From: Cyanobacteriota bacterium
Lineage (GTDB): Bacteria > Cyanobacteriota > Cyanobacteriia > Cyanobacteriales > Nostocaceae
Reading direction: 5' to 3'
Assembly (NCBI GenBank): GCA_046045965.1
Contig: JBJOKS010000013.1
Span: 64,001-128,000, forward strand
Length of the DNA stretch: 64,000 nucleotides
Below, piece after piece: positions 34,094-44,593 of the stretch. A program made the translations under genes and the position numbers. The notes beneath the pieces were generated by a model that was not told the DNA's origin, did no database searches, and saw only the letters and a program-made list of their open reading frames with translations. Every line of letters begins with the position of its first letter. Position 1 is the first letter of the stretch.

Positions 34094-35065
34094 ATGACAC
34101 GCTTTATCCATGACCAATTTTCCAAACAATATCTTACAGAACTATTCACACCCTACGGTCAAGTAGAAATGAGTAAAGATATCACTTCCGAAGTGAGACA
34201 AATTGACGTATTCTTTACTCCCACATCTCCAGAAAACATAGGAGAATTAGGACTGTTAGGAAAAATGGGGACTTATGCAGCATCGGTCATATTTGAACCA
34301 TTCCGTAACGCAGTCAGTAAAAGTGAAATTCGTAGTTGCATGGGTAAACTATTTGATATTCATGCAGAAATAGAAAGACAAAACAAACGCAACGATACCC
34401 GAATTAATGAAACCGAACTACCCCATTTATGGATATTTACACCCACAGCATCAGAAGACATTTTAGCAGGTTGTAATGCTAATGTAGATATAGAAACATG
34501 GGGTCAAGGGGTTTATTTACTCGGTAAAGTCTTAAAAACTGGCATTGTGGCCATACATCAATTACCGAGTACACCAGAAACACTGTTTTTGAGGGTATTA
34601 GGTAGAGGAAAGGTACAAAGACAAGCAGTGGAAGAATTAGAAGCACTAGCTAAGAATAATCCAAGCTTGGAGAATGTTATAAAATTGGTAAATGACCTAA
34701 TTGCCATGTTATCTGCACGTCAACAAAAAGAAAAAGATATTGATCAAGATGATCGGGAGTTGATTATGAAATTATCAGAAATGTATCAACAATTATTAGA
34801 AGAACTCAAAGAAGAACAAAGACAAGAAGGACGACAAGAAGGACGACAAGAAGGACGACAAGAAGGAGAATTAATAGGAATTGATAGAGGGATTCAAAGA
34901 GAACGTCGTGCTATGGTAGAAAGTATTCTACAAGTAAGGTTTGGAGAAGTTGATCCTGAATTAGCAAACATTATTGATCAAGTAATTGCTATGTCCAGGG
35001 AAGAATTTACACCCTTACTTTTAAATTTATCTCGTGCAGATTTATTAGCGAGGTTTAAAAAGTAG
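34094..35065 (+). CDS. Rpn/YhgA-like PD-(D/E)XK-fold protein with QEGR-repeat linker and DUF4351-like C-terminus
   Basis: HDQFSKQYL, RQIDVFF, IFEPF, LFLRVLG; QEGR x3; LQVRFGEV C-terminal domain. Confidence 0.7.
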   Translation: MTRFIHDQFSKQYLTELFTPYGQVEMSKDITSEVRQIDVFFTPTSPENIGELGLLGKMGTYAASVIFEPFRNAVSKSEIRSCMGKLFDIHAEIERQNKRNDTRINETELPHLWIFTPTASEDILAGCNANVDIETWGQGVYLLGKVLKTGIVAIHQLPSTPETLFLRVLGRGKVQRQAVEELEALAKNNPSLENVIKLVNDLIAMLSARQQKEKDIDQDDRELIMKLSEMYQQLLEELKEEQRQEGRQEGRQEGRQEGELIGIDRGIQRERRAMVESILQVRFGEVDPELANIIDQVIAMSREEFTPLLLNLSRADLLARFKK

Positions 35066-35072
35066 CAGAATT

Positions 35073-35219
<147 letters not shown>

Positions 35220-35220
35220 T

Positions 35221-35400
35221 AAAATATTAAGCAAAGTATAAAAAAATATTAAATTTTACTGCGATTGTGGAAAAAATATGACCTCTTGGGGAAAAAGTTG
35301 TGGAAAACTTAAACATTTTTTAAGTAAATTAAATTGAGTATAATTACCTTGTGGAAAACTAGCCTGGTTTTTCCACAGCTTTTCCACAGATATAGCAATC
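35221..35400. other. oriC: Replication origin oriC (DnaA-box cluster)
   Basis: TTTTCCACA boxes on the minus strand at 35266-35274, 35299-35307, 35350-35358 and on the plus strand at 35369-35377, 35380-35388; one-mismatch box at 35287-35295; AT-rich tracts; upstream of dnaN. Confidence 0.88.
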
Positions 35401-35516
35401 AGTAATCAGCAACCAAGAGGTAACAATTTTGACTTCTGACTTTTGACTTTTGACTTGTGAACAGTCCCCAGCCCAAAATTTGCTACGATAATCCTTCACC
35501 AGTTGAATCAATATTT

Positions 35517-36665
35517 ATGAAATTAGTTTGCTCTCAGAGTGATCTTAGTACAAATCTTTCACTCGTCAGTCGTGCAGTACCATCAAGACCTACCCATCCT
35601 GTACTTGCAAACGTGCTGCTGCAAGCGGATGCTGAAACTAACCAAGTCAGTTTAACAGCTTTTGATCTCAGTTTGGGTATCCGTACCAGTTTTAGTGCTG
35701 AGGTCATCGAAGGAGGTGCGATCGCTCTTCCTGCTAAACTACTTGTAGATATTACCTCCCGTCTACCAGAAGGGGAAATTACCCTCGATGATGAATCAGG
35801 AGACAACACCGGAGAAGGTATAATTGTCACCCTTAAACCCAAAAGCGGTAAGTATCAAGTCCGCGCAATGGGAGCAGAAGAATTTCCCGAATTACCTGTA
35901 ATTGAAGCCTCGGAAGCAATTCAACTCACCACCGCTGCATTAATTGAAGGATTAAAAGGTTCATTATTTGCTACCAGTGCCGATGAAACCAAACAAGTGC
36001 TGACTGGTGTACATTTAACAGTTAAACAGGATACCTTAGAATTTGCGGCTACTGACGGACATCGTTTAGCAGTGCTGGAAACTGCTAACGAGCGTCCCCT
36101 TGAAGGTAACGAACAACTAGAAGTAACAGTACCAGCGAGAGCATTACGGGAATTACAGAGGATGTTAGCTCATAGTTCCTCAGAAGAAACTGTAGCCTTA
36201 TATTTGGATCAAGGTCAAGTGGTATTTGCTTGGCAAAATCAACGTTTAACTAGCCGCACTTTAGAAGGACAATATCCCGCTTATCGGCAATTAATACCGC
36301 GTCAATTTGAGCGACAAGTAACACTGGAACGGCGGCAATTTATCAGCACTTTGGAAAGAATTGCAGTGTTAGCTGATCAGAAAAATAATATTGTCAAAAT
36401 CAGCATTGATAACGCTAATCAAGAAATTACTTTATCTTGTGAAGCGCAAGATGTGGGTAGTGGTACAGAGTCAATGCCAGCACAAATTTCAGGGGAAGAT
36501 ATAGACATTGCTTTTAACGTCAAATATTTAATGGAAGGCTTGAAAGAGTTACCAGCTTCGGAAATTCAAATGCACTTAAATCAAAGTTTAACCCCAGTAA
36601 TTTTTACACCTTTAGGTGGGTTAAAAATGACCTATTTAGCTATGCCTGTGCAGTTGAGAAATTAA
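35517..36665 (+). CDS. dnaN: DNA polymerase III beta clamp
   Basis: MKLVCSQ start, ATDGHRL, AFNVKYL, MPVQLR. Confidence 0.97.
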   Translation: MKLVCSQSDLSTNLSLVSRAVPSRPTHPVLANVLLQADAETNQVSLTAFDLSLGIRTSFSAEVIEGGAIALPAKLLVDITSRLPEGEITLDDESGDNTGEGIIVTLKPKSGKYQVRAMGAEEFPELPVIEASEAIQLTTAALIEGLKGSLFATSADETKQVLTGVHLTVKQDTLEFAATDGHRLAVLETANERPLEGNEQLEVTVPARALRELQRMLAHSSSEETVALYLDQGQVVFAWQNQRLTSRTLEGQYPAYRQLIPRQFERQVTLERRQFISTLERIAVLADQKNNIVKISIDNANQEITLSCEAQDVGSGTESMPAQISGEDIDIAFNVKYLMEGLKELPASEIQMHLNQSLTPVIFTPLGGLKMTYLAMPVQLRN

Positions 36666-36754
36666 TAGGTAATTGGGGACTGGGGACTGGGGACTGGGAA
36701 CAGAAAGCAGGGGGGGCAGGGGAGGCAGGGGAAGAAACAACTAATGACTAATGA

Positions 36755-39523
36755 CTAACGACTAATGACTATATGTTTAATAGGTATTTCAATCCAGAAT
36801 TGCGTACCTACATTTGGTTGGGAATCACATTTCAAAATCCCACCGTGTTTTTCCACAATAATTTGATAACTAATTGATAAACCCAAACCAGTACCTTTTC
36901 CTACTGGCTTAGTGGTAAAAAATGGGTCAAATATTCTGGCTTTGATAGCTTCTGGCATTCCTGGACCGTTGTCACTAATATGAATAACGGCACTGTTCAC
37001 ATTGTCATTAATTACTCCCACAGTAGTAGAAATACTAATTTTCCCTGACTGGGGATTTTCCGATGAATATTTTCTGTAACTTTCTAAAGCATCAATGGCA
37101 TTACTCAAAACATTCATAAAGACTTGATTGAGTTGTCCTGCATAACATTCTACCAATGGTAAATTACCATATTCTTTGATAATTTGAATGGCAGGAGATT
37201 CAGGTCTTGCTTTTAAACGATGCTGTAAAATTAATAATGTGCTATCAATACCTTCATGAATATTTACCTCTTTCATTTCTGCTTCATCAAGACGTGAAAA
37301 ATTCCGTAAAGATAAGACAATTTGCCGAATTCTATCTACCCCTATTTTCATAGAAGATAAACTTTTTGGTAAATCTTCTAGGAGAAATTCTAAATCTAGT
37401 TCTTCTGCTAGTTCGGAAATTTCTTCACAGGGTTGGGGATATTTTTGCTGATAGATATCTAGCATATTCAGTAAATCTTCAGCATATTCATTGATATGGG
37501 TAAGATTGCCAGAAATAAAGTTAACTGGGTTATTAATTTCATGGGCAACACCAGCTACAAGTTGCCCTAAAGATGACATTTTTTCAGTTTGAATCAGTTG
37601 GGTTTGAGTGGTTTGTAATTCATTCAAAGTTTGTGTTAGCTGTTCTGCTTGTTGCTGAGTTTTTACCAGTAATTCAGCTTGTTGAATTGCTACTCCCAGT
37701 TGACAGGCAATTTGACTGATAAAATTCACTTCTGAGGTTTTCCATTGACGTGGACCAGTGTGTTGATAAGTGCAGAGTAAACCCCAAAGTTTTTTCCTAA
37801 TAAATATAGGCGCTAATACAAAAGCATGAATTTGAAATTGCTCTAAATTATCGACATGACAGGGAGTAAATCCCATTTTATAAATATCATCTACGGCAAA
37901 GGTTTCATTATTGCGGTATCTTCCTCCTTCCGTATCTTGTAAATATGTGTCATTCCAAATTGTATTAATTCCCAGTCTGGATTTATTAAACCAGTTGGGA
38001 CTTGTAGCTTCAAAATCAGCAACAAATTCTCCACCCCAATCATCACTAAATTTATAAACAGAAACTCGGTCAGATTTGATTAATTGACAAACTTCTTTGG
38101 TCGTTGTTTTAAAAATAGTTTCAATGTCTAGAGACTTACGAATTTTATTAATAACTCCAAATACAGCTTGTTGTTGTTCTGCTGTTCTTTGCATTTCCAA
38201 TGTCCGCTTATGGACTTGTTTTTCTAAATTTTCATTAAAACTTTGTACTTGTTGATAAAGTTCATATTGCTGAATCGCAGAAGCAAAGTGTTTACTAATT
38301 TCTCTAGCTAGTTCAATTTCTGCATCTGTCCATTTTTGAGATTGTGATTTTTTAGATTCGCGCCACAAGTCAAAGGATAGACGGGGGTAAAGTTGTCTAT
38401 GATCTGGGTCAAATTTGCCCGCCCAAAGAGTTTCTGTATCTATTTGATTGCGAAAAATACTTAAATAACCCACTAATTCTTGTCGATAGTGGAGGGGAAT
38501 CATTAAAATACTGCGAATTTTTGTAGGTTTAAAAGCAAGTTGGACAATTCGTAAATGATAATCTTGATAAATATCAGGAATTGCCCAAATGTCGTATTCA
38601 CCAGATTTATAATGTTCCTGCCAAACACTATACTGTTCTAGTAATGGATATATGTTGGGGTTAGGAATAACTGGTTGCTGTCCACATACATAAAGCTGAA
38701 GACAATTACTACCAGGAATTAAACATTCTGTTAAAGATTTAAAACTACTATGTTGGAAGTTAAAGGCATTATGTCTCGTACATAACCTACCACCAACACC
38801 ATTAAATGCTGCAACTGTAGCTTCTAAAGCTGGTTGTAAAACTATTGTTGGTAGTGAATGCAGGAGGGTAGCAATACGGTTAATGATAGCTTCTCGTTCG
38901 GCTTTGGCACGGGTTTGGGTGAGGAGATTACTTTGAGCGATCGCTACAGATAATTGCTCTACCACCATCTGCATCGCATCTAGTTCATATTCTGCCACGT
39001 CACGAGATTGAGAATGATGAGATGCTAATAATCCCCAAAGTTGATTTTGATGAATAATCGGTGCAACCACTGAAGATTTAACACCCATAGCTGTCAAATA
39101 TTCTATATGACAAGGATCTACAGGACGGTAAAGAATATCCTCAGAGATAATTTCCCCTGTTTCTAAGTTACGCACAGGACTTTGGCCAATTTCTCTGGAC
39201 TCAACATTGACTACAGAACGCACCCGCGACTGAATAAACAGTTCCCGTGCATGGGGGGGAATATCATCAGCAGGAAAATTCAACCCCAACAACGAGGGTA
39301 AACGATGTTCATAAATAGATTCAGCAATAACTTGTCCACTACCATCATCATGAAATTTATAAATCATTACTCGGTCAGTCCCTAATAAGGAACGAACCTC
39401 CGCTGTGGTTGCTGTAATAATGTCTTCTAGTTCTAAAGACTGACGGATACGATTTGTAATCCGACGTAGTAGAGTTTCTTGAGCCATACCTGTTCGCAGG
39501 TCTAGTGGAGGGATGGAAACCAT
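36755..39523 (-). CDS. GAF-GAF-GAF histidine kinase photoreceptor (AphC/All2699-like: knotless phytochrome GAF plus CBCR GAF)
   Basis: FPADDIP and VDPCH in GAF1; LYPRLSF in the PHY-like GAF2; WNDTYLQ and TPCH in GAF3; AHEINNP H-box; GTGLGL. Confidence 0.88.
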   Translation of the reverse strand: MVSIPPLDLRTGMAQETLLRRITNRIRQSLELEDIITATTAEVRSLLGTDRVMIYKFHDDGSGQVIAESIYEHRLPSLLGLNFPADDIPPHARELFIQSRVRSVVNVESREIGQSPVRNLETGEIISEDILYRPVDPCHIEYLTAMGVKSSVVAPIIHQNQLWGLLASHHSQSRDVAEYELDAMQMVVEQLSVAIAQSNLLTQTRAKAEREAIINRIATLLHSLPTIVLQPALEATVAAFNGVGGRLCTRHNAFNFQHSSFKSLTECLIPGSNCLQLYVCGQQPVIPNPNIYPLLEQYSVWQEHYKSGEYDIWAIPDIYQDYHLRIVQLAFKPTKIRSILMIPLHYRQELVGYLSIFRNQIDTETLWAGKFDPDHRQLYPRLSFDLWRESKKSQSQKWTDAEIELAREISKHFASAIQQYELYQQVQSFNENLEKQVHKRTLEMQRTAEQQQAVFGVINKIRKSLDIETIFKTTTKEVCQLIKSDRVSVYKFSDDWGGEFVADFEATSPNWFNKSRLGINTIWNDTYLQDTEGGRYRNNETFAVDDIYKMGFTPCHVDNLEQFQIHAFVLAPIFIRKKLWGLLCTYQHTGPRQWKTSEVNFISQIACQLGVAIQQAELLVKTQQQAEQLTQTLNELQTTQTQLIQTEKMSSLGQLVAGVAHEINNPVNFISGNLTHINEYAEDLLNMLDIYQQKYPQPCEEISELAEELDLEFLLEDLPKSLSSMKIGVDRIRQIVLSLRNFSRLDEAEMKEVNIHEGIDSTLLILQHRLKARPESPAIQIIKEYGNLPLVECYAGQLNQVFMNVLSNAIDALESYRKYSSENPQSGKISISTTVGVINDNVNSAVIHISDNGPGMPEAIKARIFDPFFTTKPVGKGTGLGLSISYQIIVEKHGGILKCDSQPNVGTQFWIEIPIKHIVISR

Positions 39524-39828
39524 TTTTTTATACAATTATTTAATATTTTACTATAACTATAGTTGATTATTAAGCTTAATAATATTTAAAGGTTTCGTTT
39601 CGGGATTTGTCTTCGGTGAGACTACGGTCAAATCCTAGATGTAACAATTATTAATTTTATGGTAAATTTCCGCATAATTATTGCTAGGGAACAGTGAATA
39701 GGTGACAGGTGACAAAAATAATCCAAAATCTAAACTTCAAAAATAGGTAATAGGGCGTGTATATCTTTAGTTATACATCCTGCCTTTTGCCTTTTGCCTC
39801 TTGGCTCCCATCACCTATCACCTATCAT

Positions 39829-41016
39829 TTAAACTCTCACATTGTCAGCAAAACGGATTTTCAGATAATCTTCTTCCATTTTTGCCCCTGATGGTTGTAG
39901 TGCGGCTAAAGCTTGGGGTAAAACCAAGTTACGGCGATGATTACCAATAGTAATGTTTAATTCGTCGCCACTTTTACTTAGCTGAACTTGGCTTTTAGGA
40001 ATGCCAGGTAAATAAATTTCCAAGCTGTATTGGTTATTTTCCTGCACAACTCTGATCGTGGTTTCTTTGTAATAAACCTGAGTGGGATCTTCGTCTGGGT
40101 AGAGAGTTTCTTTAAGTCTCTCTAATGCTGCTAAACCACACATTTCTTCAGAATAAAGAGGTACTTCTTTCACAGGTAAGGGAAGGAAGTTTTCATGAAT
40201 TTCTTGGCGGTATTGTTCTTGATTTTCTTTCCAACGTTGGAAAAATGGATCTTCAACTTCTTTAGGAATAATGCGATTAGCAATAATTAAATCTGTCGCC
40301 ACATTATACAAACTCAGATAAGCATGAGCGCGAAGAGATTCTTTAATCACCATTTTTTCTGGGTTGGTGACAAGACGAACTGAGGTTTGAGTATTATCAG
40401 TTAATACTTTTTCCAGTGCTTCTATTTGTTCATAAAATTCATAAGGCGCATCCATCACTTCTTTATCTGGTAAAGAAAACCCAGCAATTGGCCTAAAAAT
40501 AGGTTCTACCAAAGGTCTGAGTGCGACTGAGATATTTTGAAAAGGTTTGTAAAAACGCCGCATATACCAGCCACCAACTTCTGGTAAACTTAACAGACGT
40601 AGTGCAGTACCAGTAGGTGCAGAATCAATAATTAAAACGTCAAATTCCCCTTCATCATAATGACGTTTCATTCTTACCAAACCGAAAATTTCATCCATTC
40701 CTGGTAAAATTGCCAGTTCTTCCGCTTGTATTCCATCTAAACCCCTTGCTTGCAAAACTTGGGTAATATAACGCTTTACCGCACCCCAATTACCTTCTAA
40801 TTCTTGCAGTGCATCAAGTTCTGCACCCCATAAATTTGGCCGGACTTGTTTAGCGTCGTGTCCCAATTCTAGATCAAAACTGTCTGCTAGGGAGTGAGCA
40901 GGATCTGTACTTAAAACCAGTGTCCGATAACCGAGTTCTGCACACCGGAGTCCAGTTGCAGCTGCGACGGAGGTTTTACCTACGCCACCTTTACCTGTCA
41001 TTAAAATTACTCGCAT
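39829..41016 (-). CDS. ArsA/GET3-family ATPase with C-terminal HSP20-like domain
   Basis: [22 protein letters not shown]. Confidence 0.92.
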   Translation of the reverse strand: MRVILMTGKGGVGKTSVAAATGLRCAELGYRTLVLSTDPAHSLADSFDLELGHDAKQVRPNLWGAELDALQELEGNWGAVKRYITQVLQARGLDGIQAEELAILPGMDEIFGLVRMKRHYDEGEFDVLIIDSAPTGTALRLLSLPEVGGWYMRRFYKPFQNISVALRPLVEPIFRPIAGFSLPDKEVMDAPYEFYEQIEALEKVLTDNTQTSVRLVTNPEKMVIKESLRAHAYLSLYNVATDLIIANRIIPKEVEDPFFQRWKENQEQYRQEIHENFLPLPVKEVPLYSEEMCGLAALERLKETLYPDEDPTQVYYKETTIRVVQENNQYSLEIYLPGIPKSQVQLSKSGDELNITIGNHRRNLVLPQALAALQPSGAKMEEDYLKIRFADNVRV

Positions 41017-41043
41017 GAATGATTAGGTCCTGCCTGAATTTTG

Positions 41044-41061
41044 TTTACATTTATTTACATT
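41044..41061. promoter_or_regulatory. HLR1-like (RpaB) direct repeat
   Basis: TTTACATT-TA-TTTACATT, 28 bp upstream of the ArsA-family ATG. Confidence 0.5.
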
Positions 41062-41449
41062 ATCCTTTGTTTACGGAAAATAGGTGTTGCTTCAGCACAT
41101 CTAATTGGGAACAATGCCAATAGTCAATGTGGGAAATTATTAAACCTTCCGTATTGAGACGTAGTTCACTCCAACCAGAGATAGATATCCTTGGTTTCCA
41201 GGGTAAAGGAGAATTCCAGCTAAGTGTCCACTCGCTTTTAATGATGTCTTCTTGTTGTTGAATATTATGTAAATCCATTTTTAGATTGAGGAAGAAAGTC
41301 TGGATAAATTTAATCATCCATTTGTAAAGTCCCAAACCCCGAAATTTAAATACAGCATCTTGAAAATAAACATCGTTTGCATAAATGCTGTAGGTTTGAT
41401 TTTCTGGAAATCTCGCGTAATCTGCTTTAAGTGTTTCTAAAATATCCAT
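41060..41449 (-). CDS. DUF2358 / SnoaL-like protein
   Basis: IYA.DVYFQD, LPWKPRI, HIDYW. Confidence 0.85.
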   Translation of the reverse strand: MDILETLKADYARFPENQTYSIYANDVYFQDAVFKFRGLGLYKWMIKFIQTFFLNLKMDLHNIQQQEDIIKSEWTLSWNSPLPWKPRISISGWSELRLNTEGLIISHIDYWHCSQLDVLKQHLFSVNKG

Positions 41450-41559
41450 GATTGGTAATTGGTAATTGGTAATTGGTAATTGGTAATTGGTGATTGGTAA
41501 ATAATGATTATTATATATTCCCTATTCCCTATTCCCTCTTAACTGTCACCTGTCACCTG

Positions 41560-42456
41560 TCACCTATTACCTTGGGTTATTTCTACATAAATATGTTCTA
41601 AGCGGACAGGTTGACGAGAAATAGAATCAATGGGTATACCATCAAATCGGGCAATGATTTCTTTTAATTCTAGCATTTCTGGTAGTAAAAAAGCTAAATC
41701 GCTACCATAACGCCTGGGGATGAAATTATATTTTTGGGCTAGGGCGATCGCCTCTTCTTCTTGTGTTGTTTGTAACATGACAATTTCTTGACCCGGAATT
41801 AAAGTTTTTAACTCGGATAAACTACCCTCTGCTAATATTTTACCATCTTTTAAAATGCCAATGCGGTTACAAAGTCTTTCTGCTTCATCTAATAAATGGG
41901 TAGTTAATAAAATAGTCATTCCTTGATTTTTAAGATTACGAATTAATTCCCAAATTTCATATCGAGCTTCAATATCTAAACCTGTAGTTGGTTCATCAAG
42001 AATTACTAACTGGGGTTTATGTACCAAAGCAACAGCAATATTTAAACGTCTTTGCATTCCGCCGCTGAGAGTTTCAACAGGACTTTTGGCTCTATCTAAT
42101 AAGTTAACAGCTTTGAGAGTTGCTTCTATTTGTTTTTGTTTTGTTTCTCGATCTAAACCGTAAATGTCAGCGAAAAAATTGAGATTTTCTGCACAGGAAA
42201 GGGTTTTATACAAGAGATTTTCTTGAGGAGCAATACCAATAAGTTTTTTTGTTACTTCCGAAATAGGTTGATGATTGATGGTAATATAACCGCTGTCAGC
42301 ATTGAGAAGATTACAAATAATATTGATGGTTGTTGTTTTTCCGGCTCCGTTTGCACCCAGTAAACCGTAAACTTCTCCTGGTTGAATACTGAATGTTAAA
42401 TTTTGGAGGACTTTTCGGCTTTTGTAGGACTTGTTTAAATTTTTAATTCTGAGCAT
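41560..42456 (-). CDS. ABC-2 type transporter ATP-binding protein
   Basis: GANGAGKTT, LSGGMQRR, ILDEPT, TTH. Confidence 0.95.
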   Translation of the reverse strand: MLRIKNLNKSYKSRKVLQNLTFSIQPGEVYGLLGANGAGKTTTINIICNLLNADSGYITINHQPISEVTKKLIGIAPQENLLYKTLSCAENLNFFADIYGLDRETKQKQIEATLKAVNLLDRAKSPVETLSGGMQRRLNIAVALVHKPQLVILDEPTTGLDIEARYEIWELIRNLKNQGMTILLTTHLLDEAERLCNRIGILKDGKILAEGSLSELKTLIPGQEIVMLQTTQEEEAIALAQKYNFIPRRYGSDLAFLLPEMLELKEIIARFDGIPIDSISRQPVRLEHIYVEITQGNR

Positions 42457-42530
42457 GGTTGTGATTAACTTTGAATTTTTTAGACGTAACCCTAACAGTC
42501 TAATACTACCTCCGTGATGTTTTACGTCAT

Positions 42531-42677
42531 CAGGAACTTACCCAAAGTGATAATGAGACATATCTTGTTTGCCAAATAACATTTTTTGCGATATAACTAA
42601 GAATAATTACGCATTTGAGTAATTTTTCAACTGCACTCAAGGAATTTCCGGTAATAGCACCAGTGGCTTAAGTCCTG
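42531..42677. mobile_element. Degenerate MITE-like element
   Basis: Imperfect terminal inverted repeats caggaactta...taagtcctg, resembling CAGGACTTAC-ended Nostocales MITEs as recalled. Confidence 0.4.
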
Positions 42678-42756
42678 GACAAAAAACGGAAGTTTTTGCT
42701 TTGGAATAATTATCAACCCTAACTCATCCTAATCTTAGTTAAAGACAAAACTAACT

Positions 42757-43557
42757 ATGAAAGAAAATCAGGTCTTAAATATTGAGCAAGATTTTGCCCT
42801 TGTTTTAACAGCTAGTATTGATGTCAAGGGAATGCCTAAAGCTTATCCTACTGTAGCAGAACAGCGTCAAGAAGATTATTACAATAGTGTTAGGTACTAT
42901 GTCAATAATCAACCCAGAATACAAAAAATTATTTTTATCGAAAATTCAGGATGGCCTCTTGATAGAGTTAAAGAAGCTGTTACTGATAATCCTTATAATA
43001 AGAAAATTGAATTTATTTCCTTAGATTGTAATGATTTTCCCAGAGAATTTGGTAAAGGATACGGTGAGAGCTTATTAATAGAAAAAGGATTATTGAAATC
43101 TAATTTAATTAATACAGTCACCCATTTCGCTAAAATTACAGGTCGAATTTATTTAAAAAATATGACCCAGATATTGGAATCAACAAAAGAAAATTATGAT
43201 TGTTTATGTGATTATAAAGATCAAGGGTGGAGAATTAAAAAAATCTTGGGTAAAAAGGATGTAAGTCCCTATTGCGATACTCGTTTTTTAGTTTTTAGCC
43301 AGAATTTTTATGAGCATACTATTAAACCTCTCCATCAAAAACATGAAAAGGGTTGTTTTTATTTGGAAACTCGTTTTTATCAAGCTATTAAAACTGTAGA
43401 AGGACAACAGAAAGTTATTTCTCGTTTTGGTATTGAGCCTGATTTTCAAGGAATTGCTGGTCATTTTGGTGGTAAAAACTATAGCAGTAAAAAGGAGAGA
43501 GCAAAGTTTATGATTCGTTCATTAACTCGACAGTTAGTACCTATGTTACATCTATAA
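42757..43557 (+). CDS. Hypothetical protein, possibly glycosyltransferase-like (polysaccharide-locus type)
   Basis: LVLTASI, FIENSG, GKGYGE, KITGRIY and DTRF motifs; function inferred only. Confidence 0.6.
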   Translation: MKENQVLNIEQDFALVLTASIDVKGMPKAYPTVAEQRQEDYYNSVRYYVNNQPRIQKIIFIENSGWPLDRVKEAVTDNPYNKKIEFISLDCNDFPREFGKGYGESLLIEKGLLKSNLINTVTHFAKITGRIYLKNMTQILESTKENYDCLCDYKDQGWRIKKILGKKDVSPYCDTRFLVFSQNFYEHTIKPLHQKHEKGCFYLETRFYQAIKTVEGQQKVISRFGIEPDFQGIAGHFGGKNYSSKKERAKFMIRSLTRQLVPMLHL

Positions 43558-43652
43558 AAGCTCTCTGTAAAATCTCTAAATAAGGCATTTAGTATTTGCC
43601 ATATCTCCGACTTTTTTTGACAGTCGAGCATCTGATTTAATTGACAATTGAT

Positions 43653-44426
43653 TCAAAGTTTCCTCTCTACCATCAACATCCGTTGATAAGATACCCATCC
43701 ACAGGCTAACATGAACATGGCAAACCAAAATAAAAACCAGAAGTGTAAGATGATATCATTAAATTGATCTCCATTAGCCCACACACCTAAAAGAGCTTCA
43801 TTCATGTGATAAATGGGATTAAATCTAGCAATATCCAAAAGAGTTTTCGGAAATAAAGAAGTTGGTAAAAATGCCCCACCTAGAATTAATAATGGTACGC
43901 CAAAAGCTGCTACCAAAGCATTAACATCTTCAATGCGTCTAGCTAATTGTGTACCTAAAATAAATCCTAAACCAACATAAGCTATGATACTTAATATAAT
44001 AATCAATATTCCTAATAAAATCGAACCTTGAAAAGTAGCACCCCAAAAAGCAGCAATAGTATAAACTAAAAGAGTTTGTCCAATACCAATACAGCTATGA
44101 GCAAGAAAAATTCCCAAAAAATAAGATGTACCACTTAACGGAGAAATAAACAAGCGTTTGAGGGTTTGCTGTTCTCTTTCTGCAACTACAGTAGCAACAC
44201 TCCCACCCAAACAACTAAAAAATAGTGCAGCACCTACTAAAGTTGAAGGAGCAGCATTTTCAAAAGCCACAGCCATTGTTAATTTTGCCCGTTCTGCCAA
44301 AATAAAGCCATTGAGAATTAAAATTGAGATGGGGAAAATACTCCAAAAAATTAAGCTGCGTCTGCGTCGTAAGAGTTCAATTAAGATGCGCTGAGTTACA
44401 GCTATAGTTTCACGCCAATATTTCAT
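43653..44426 (-). CDS. ABC-2 type transporter permease
   Basis: EREQQTLKRL..SPL, six TM helices, NPIYH. Confidence 0.92.
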   Translation of the reverse strand: MKYWRETIAVTQRILIELLRRRRSLIFWSIFPISILILNGFILAERAKLTMAVAFENAAPSTLVGAALFFSCLGGSVATVVAEREQQTLKRLFISPLSGTSYFLGIFLAHSCIGIGQTLLVYTIAAFWGATFQGSILLGILIIILSIIAYVGLGFILGTQLARRIEDVNALVAAFGVPLLILGGAFLPTSLFPKTLLDIARFNPIYHMNEALLGVWANGDQFNDIILHFWFLFWFAMFMLACGWVSYQRMLMVERKL

Positions 44427-44593
44427 CTTGATTAGTTAATATACAATTTTACCGCATCAGATACCCTACATCTTTGAGAAGTCGGGAATCTTGACTTAAA
44501 ATTATTATACATTGGCAATTTACAGAAAAAGCTGTTAAATTCTATTTATCATTTCATGCTGTGTTTCATCGTGAGAAGTTCATTGCGTCAATC

